Shown: positions 60,478 through 64,000 of the stretch, piece after piece
Layout of the letters: every line of letters starts with the position of its first letter
Position numbering within the stretch: position 1 is the first letter of the stretch
NCBI GenBank assembly: GCA_038087875.1
Contig: CM075987.1
Location: 26,910,001-26,974,000 of the forward strand
DNA length: 64,000 nucleotides
Reading direction: 5' to 3'
Source: Malacoraja senta
Lineage: Eukaryota
Translations under genes and position numbers: made by a program
Notes under the pieces: model-generated
The model's database searches: none
What the model was told of the DNA's origin: nothing
Seen by the model: only the letters and a program-made list of their open reading frames with translations

Positions 60478-61075
60478 ATTGAAGAGCGGACAGTGTGGAA
60501 GACTCATTACTACACTGCCAGAAGATGCAATGTTACTGGGGCTGTGGTGAGAGGTAGCCCACGTCCCAGAGGAAAGCTATTAAATGCATATTTAATAACT
60601 GAATCATCTTGAAAGAGCCAGTCCCTTCCTCGTTATGGGTAAACAAACAAAGCGCTGTCTTTGCTGAAGGCATTCTCGCTCGTGCTGTTGGTCGGCTTAA
60701 AGATGAACCATCATGTGTTTGGCGTCAATTTTAATGACCATTTAATTGCAAGTGCTGGGAGCTATCAGGGGAGCGTGACATGTCTCAGATCCTGTAGAGT
60801 GATGGTTCCAATGGCCCAGAGCACACAAAGCAGGAGATGGTGCTTCTTGGATCTGCTGCAACACTGGATCAGTCCCTTCACTGTGTAGCGTTAATCAAAC
60901 GAACCAGCAGAAACCCTTAACTGCCTGTAAAAGCAACTGCCTGGGGTTCAATGCAGTCTCAACCTCGGAGAAACCATGCCTCCATTTAGCTCAATAAACT
61001 ATCTTGAATCAACCAATTTGTATCAGCCGTTAGGGGATACACTTCTCAGAGCGACCAGTTTCACTCTTATCGGGG

Positions 61076-61403
61076 AGTGTGGGAAGGAACTGCAGATGCT
61101 GGTTTACACCGAAGATAGACACAAAGTGCTGGAGTAACTCTGCGGGACAGGCAGCATCTCTGGAGAGAAGGAATGGGTGACGTTTCGGGTCGAGACCCTT
61201 CTTCAGACTGAAATGGAATTGTGAGATTTCTCCGAGATCATCGGTTTCCTCCCACACTCCAAAAACGTACAGGTTTGTAGGTTAATTGGCTTGGCATCAA
61301 TGTAAAAAATGTCCCTAGTGTGTGTTGGATAGTGTTAGTGTGCGGGGATCGCTGGTGGGCACGGACTCGGTGGGCCGAAGGGCCTGTTTCCGCGCTGTAT
61401 CTG
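61076..61403. mobile_element. Penelope pLTR A (minus, hammerhead motif 61179-61206) followed by a partial HE1-like SINE (plus)
   Basis: Direct sequence match to the other copies. Confidence 0.8.
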
Positions 61404-61859
61404 TACACTCATTTTTTAAAAAACTAAACGTGATATCCGTGTGTGGTGGAGAGTGACTGGTTTTGAATTCTGCCACTTACAAAGATGTATTACACTGATC
61501 ATTCTCCAGTCTCATGAAAAGGGTTTCAGGTCCATTCTCATCATAAATGAGAATGTTTTCCCTGTTAATAAAAGCCTGCAAGTCGTCAATGCTGCAATAA
61601 CTTGCTCAGTTCTACATCGCATTATGCATTCTGCCAGTACTCATCTCCTTGGAGAAGGCAAGTTGAAGGTTAATAACTATGTGTTCTGACTGAACTGATG
61701 TTCCTCTGTGTTTGTCTTCATCATAATTCTTCAATATCAGACATCAATCAAGTTGACTGTTATATTCCATAACATAATGTCTACCTCTGCTGGCCGAATG
61801 GGATGGGATTGTGGAGGCTTGGTCTTTACCGTTAACACGAAGTATCTATCAGACAGCTC

Positions 61860-62590
61860 GCCATCCAAGACCGCAAGAAATTGTGGACGCAGCCCAGACC
61901 ATCACACAAACCAACCTCCCTTCCATTGACTCCATCTACACCTCACGCTGCCTCGGGCAAGGCCAGCAGCATAATCAAGGACCAGTCGCACCCCGGCCAC
62001 TCCCTCTTCTCCCCTCTCCCATCGGGCAAAAGGTACAGAAGTGTGAAAACGCACACACCTCCAGATTCAGGGACAGTTTCTTCCCAGCTGTTATCAGGCA
62101 ACTGAACCATCCTACCACAACCAAAGAGCGGTCCTGAACTGCTATCTGCCTCATCAGTGACCCTCGTACTATCCTTGATCGGACTTTGCTGGCTTTACCT
62201 TGCACTAAACGTTATTCCCTTATCATTTATCTGTACACTGTGAATAGACAATAGACAATAGGTGCAGGAGTAGGCCATTCGGCCCTTTGAGCCAGCACCG
62301 CCATTCAATGTGATCATGGCTGATCATCCCCAATCAGTACCCTGTTCCTGCCTTCTCCCCATGTCCCCTGGCTCCACTATTTTTCAGAGCCCTATCTAGC
62401 TCTCTCTTGAAAGCATCCTGAGAACCTGCCTCCACCGCCCTCTGAGGCAGAGATGGGTCGATTGTAATGGGTCGATTGTAATGAATAATCATGTATTATC
62501 TTTCCGCTGACTGGTTCGCACGCAATAAAAAGCCTTTCACTGTACCTCGGTACCCTTGACAATAAACTAAACTGCAACTGAACTGAAACT
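61860..62590 (+). mobile_element. Rex1/Babar 3' fragment split by a minus-strand CR1 3'UTR (~62244-62452)
   Basis: LQEIVDAAQTITQTNLPSIDSIY..KASSIIKDQSHPGHSLFSPLPSGKRYRS; tail aataaactaaactg. Confidence 0.85.
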
Positions 62591-62845
62591 AGATTTGCAC
62601 TGTCGCTGAATTCAAATTTTCACTGACAATCTTAATCTTCCTCTTGGAGTCACATGGGGACAACCGTATATGATGTCTCAGTTCTCAATCTCACACTTGA
62701 ATTTTCCAATTCATGCCAAAGCTTTTTTTGAGCCAGAGCTGTATTGCGATAGAGCCGGTGATTCTTGTGTTCAGGGAGTGTCCTCACACCACACTCAAGG
62801 GTGGCCCAAACAACACTGGACTCACCAGATGAGGAGCTGTTCACG

Positions 62846-63020
62846 AAGGAACTGCAGATGCTGGAAAAACCGAACGTAGAGAAAAATGCTGGAGAAACTC
62901 AGCGGGTGAGGCAGCATCTATGGAGGGAAGGAATAGGTGACGTTTCGGGTTGAGACCCGAAAGGGTCTCGACCCGAAACGTCACCTATTCCTTCGCTCCA
63001 TAGATGCTGCCTCACCCGCT
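62846..63020. mobile_element. Penelope pLTR fold-back
   Basis: Inverted copies meeting at gagacccgaaagggtctc. Confidence 0.75.
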
Positions 63021-63067
63021 GATTGATTAGTAGGACTGGATGTTACAATCCCTATTGGATGTTACTC

Positions 63068-63223
63068 CCAAGCCTTTCCTGACGTCCTCTGAGTGAGGGC
63101 TACATGTATATATGTATGTAGTTTGTTTTGTTTGTGCTTTTCTTATAACAAATGTAAAGCACTTTGGCCAACGAGAGTTGTTTTTTAAATGTGCTATATA
63201 AATAAATGTGACTTGACTTGACT
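63068..63223 (+). mobile_element. L2 3' end
   Basis: Reverse complement of 41771-41925; (gactt)n tail. Confidence 0.85.
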
Positions 63224-63420
63224 GTTCTTCTTCTTTTCGTGTCCATCTTGTTACAAATGTTAGCCTCGCTGTCATCGTCCGTCCTGAAAAGGACCGCGAG
63301 CTTCCGGCGACAATCAGTGGAAGCCATCACTTGTCGCAATAGATGATGGTGGTAGCAGAATTAGCTCAGGATACTTCCAGTTTCCAGCCCCGCGACGTGG
63401 ACGCTTCTGCTATGGGGGCC
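63224..63420 (-). mobile_element. short non-autonomous Vingi-like retroposon with 5' HDV-like ribozyme
   Basis: TSD gacttgact at 63215-63223 / 63421-63429; tail ggacacgaaaagaagaagaa. Confidence 0.75.
63353..63420 (-). ncRNA. HDV-like self-cleaving ribozyme candidate
   Basis: GGCCCC(P1) CA TAGCAGAA(P2) GCG(P3) TCCACGT(L3) CGC GGGGCT(P1') GG(P1.1) AAACTGGAAGTATCCTGAG(P4) CTAA(J4/2) TTCTGCTA(P2'). Confidence 0.8.
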
Positions 63421-63602
63421 GACTTGACTATGATTTCACTACAATTGACATTCTTGGGTGTGACCACTAGTTGAATTTGCTACCAATCAGACACATCTTC
63501 AGTTGTGTTGCTCATCGTCACTGGGTGTATCGACAAGACACCCTCAGTCGAGGCAGGCCCACCGCAGGTTGATCAGACCTGGGTGTGTGTCTTATTGTTA
63601 GC

Positions 63603-63665
63603 CTCTAGATGGTCAAGTGGCAGCCCAGACAGCATCTTTCTGGGCTGCCACATGGCCATCTAGAG
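63603..63665. repeat. 27-bp near-perfect inverted repeat with 9-nt loop
   Basis: CTCTAGATGGTCAAGTGGCAGCCCAGA cagcatctt TCTGGGCTGCCACATGGCCATCTAGAG. Confidence 0.85.
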
Positions 63666-63921
63666 TGTCTCCAGCATTTTTATCTATCTTCATCAGATGA
63701 GGAGGTCTCCAATTCCTCAAACTCTCATGGCTTCAGTAAATAAATCACCTTTCCAATTCCAGTAAATCCTCGTTATAATGCGTCGTAGGGAGCGGAATGT
63801 TTCCATGTAGATTACTGTCAGGTGTACCGAGGTACAGTGAAAAGCTCTTGTTGTGTGCGAACCAGACCATGCAATGGTGCCCATTATCGCCGGTTGTCTG
63901 CTATAGAAAGTCATAGAGTAA

Positions 63922-64000
63922 AACCCCTGTCCCACGGCACGAGTTCATTCCAAGAGTTCTCTCGAGTTTGCCCTGATTCGAACTTAGGAGATTTACGGTA
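63922..64000. mobile_element. Harbinger-type MITE, left end (truncated by window edge)
   Basis: cccctgtcccac terminus and cgagtttgccctga motif shared with the 2160 and 42498 elements. Confidence 0.65.

Overview
Repeat-dominated, non-coding vertebrate DNA. It is most likely from a cartilaginous fish (skate/ray), inferred from abundant HE1-type tRNA/V-domain SINEs and their partner CR1 LINEs. No host protein-coding exon could be recognised, so this looks like an intron or gene desert, with two 200-N assembly gaps. Contents: one 5'-truncated, frameshifted CR1 ORF2 (APE endonuclease + RT, 9.4-12.0 kb); many CR1, L2, Rex1/Babar, RTE and Vingi/Ingi-like 3' fragments; about 30 HE1-like SINEs; many Penelope pLTR/GIY-YIG fragments; PIF/Harbinger-type MITEs; two non-autonomous hAT elements with 8-bp TSDs; micro- and minisatellites; a tRNA-Pro pseudogene; and AT-rich unique islands that may be conserved enhancers. 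The most striking signals are RNA-structural. (1) Two different short (~165-200 bp) TSD-flanked retroposons on the minus strand (57370-57534 and 63224-63420) begin exactly at the predicted cleavage G of an HDV-like ribozyme fold and end in a Vingi-type GGAC(A/T)CGA..(GAA)n tail, i.e. candidate ribozyme-headed non-autonomous Vingi elements. (2) The Penelope pLTRs carry a minimal hammerhead motif (CUGANGA-A-stem II-GAAACGU[C/U]) whose stem II pairing is kept in two subfamilies. All family names come from motif recognition by eye, not database searches, and most fragment boundaries are approximate.
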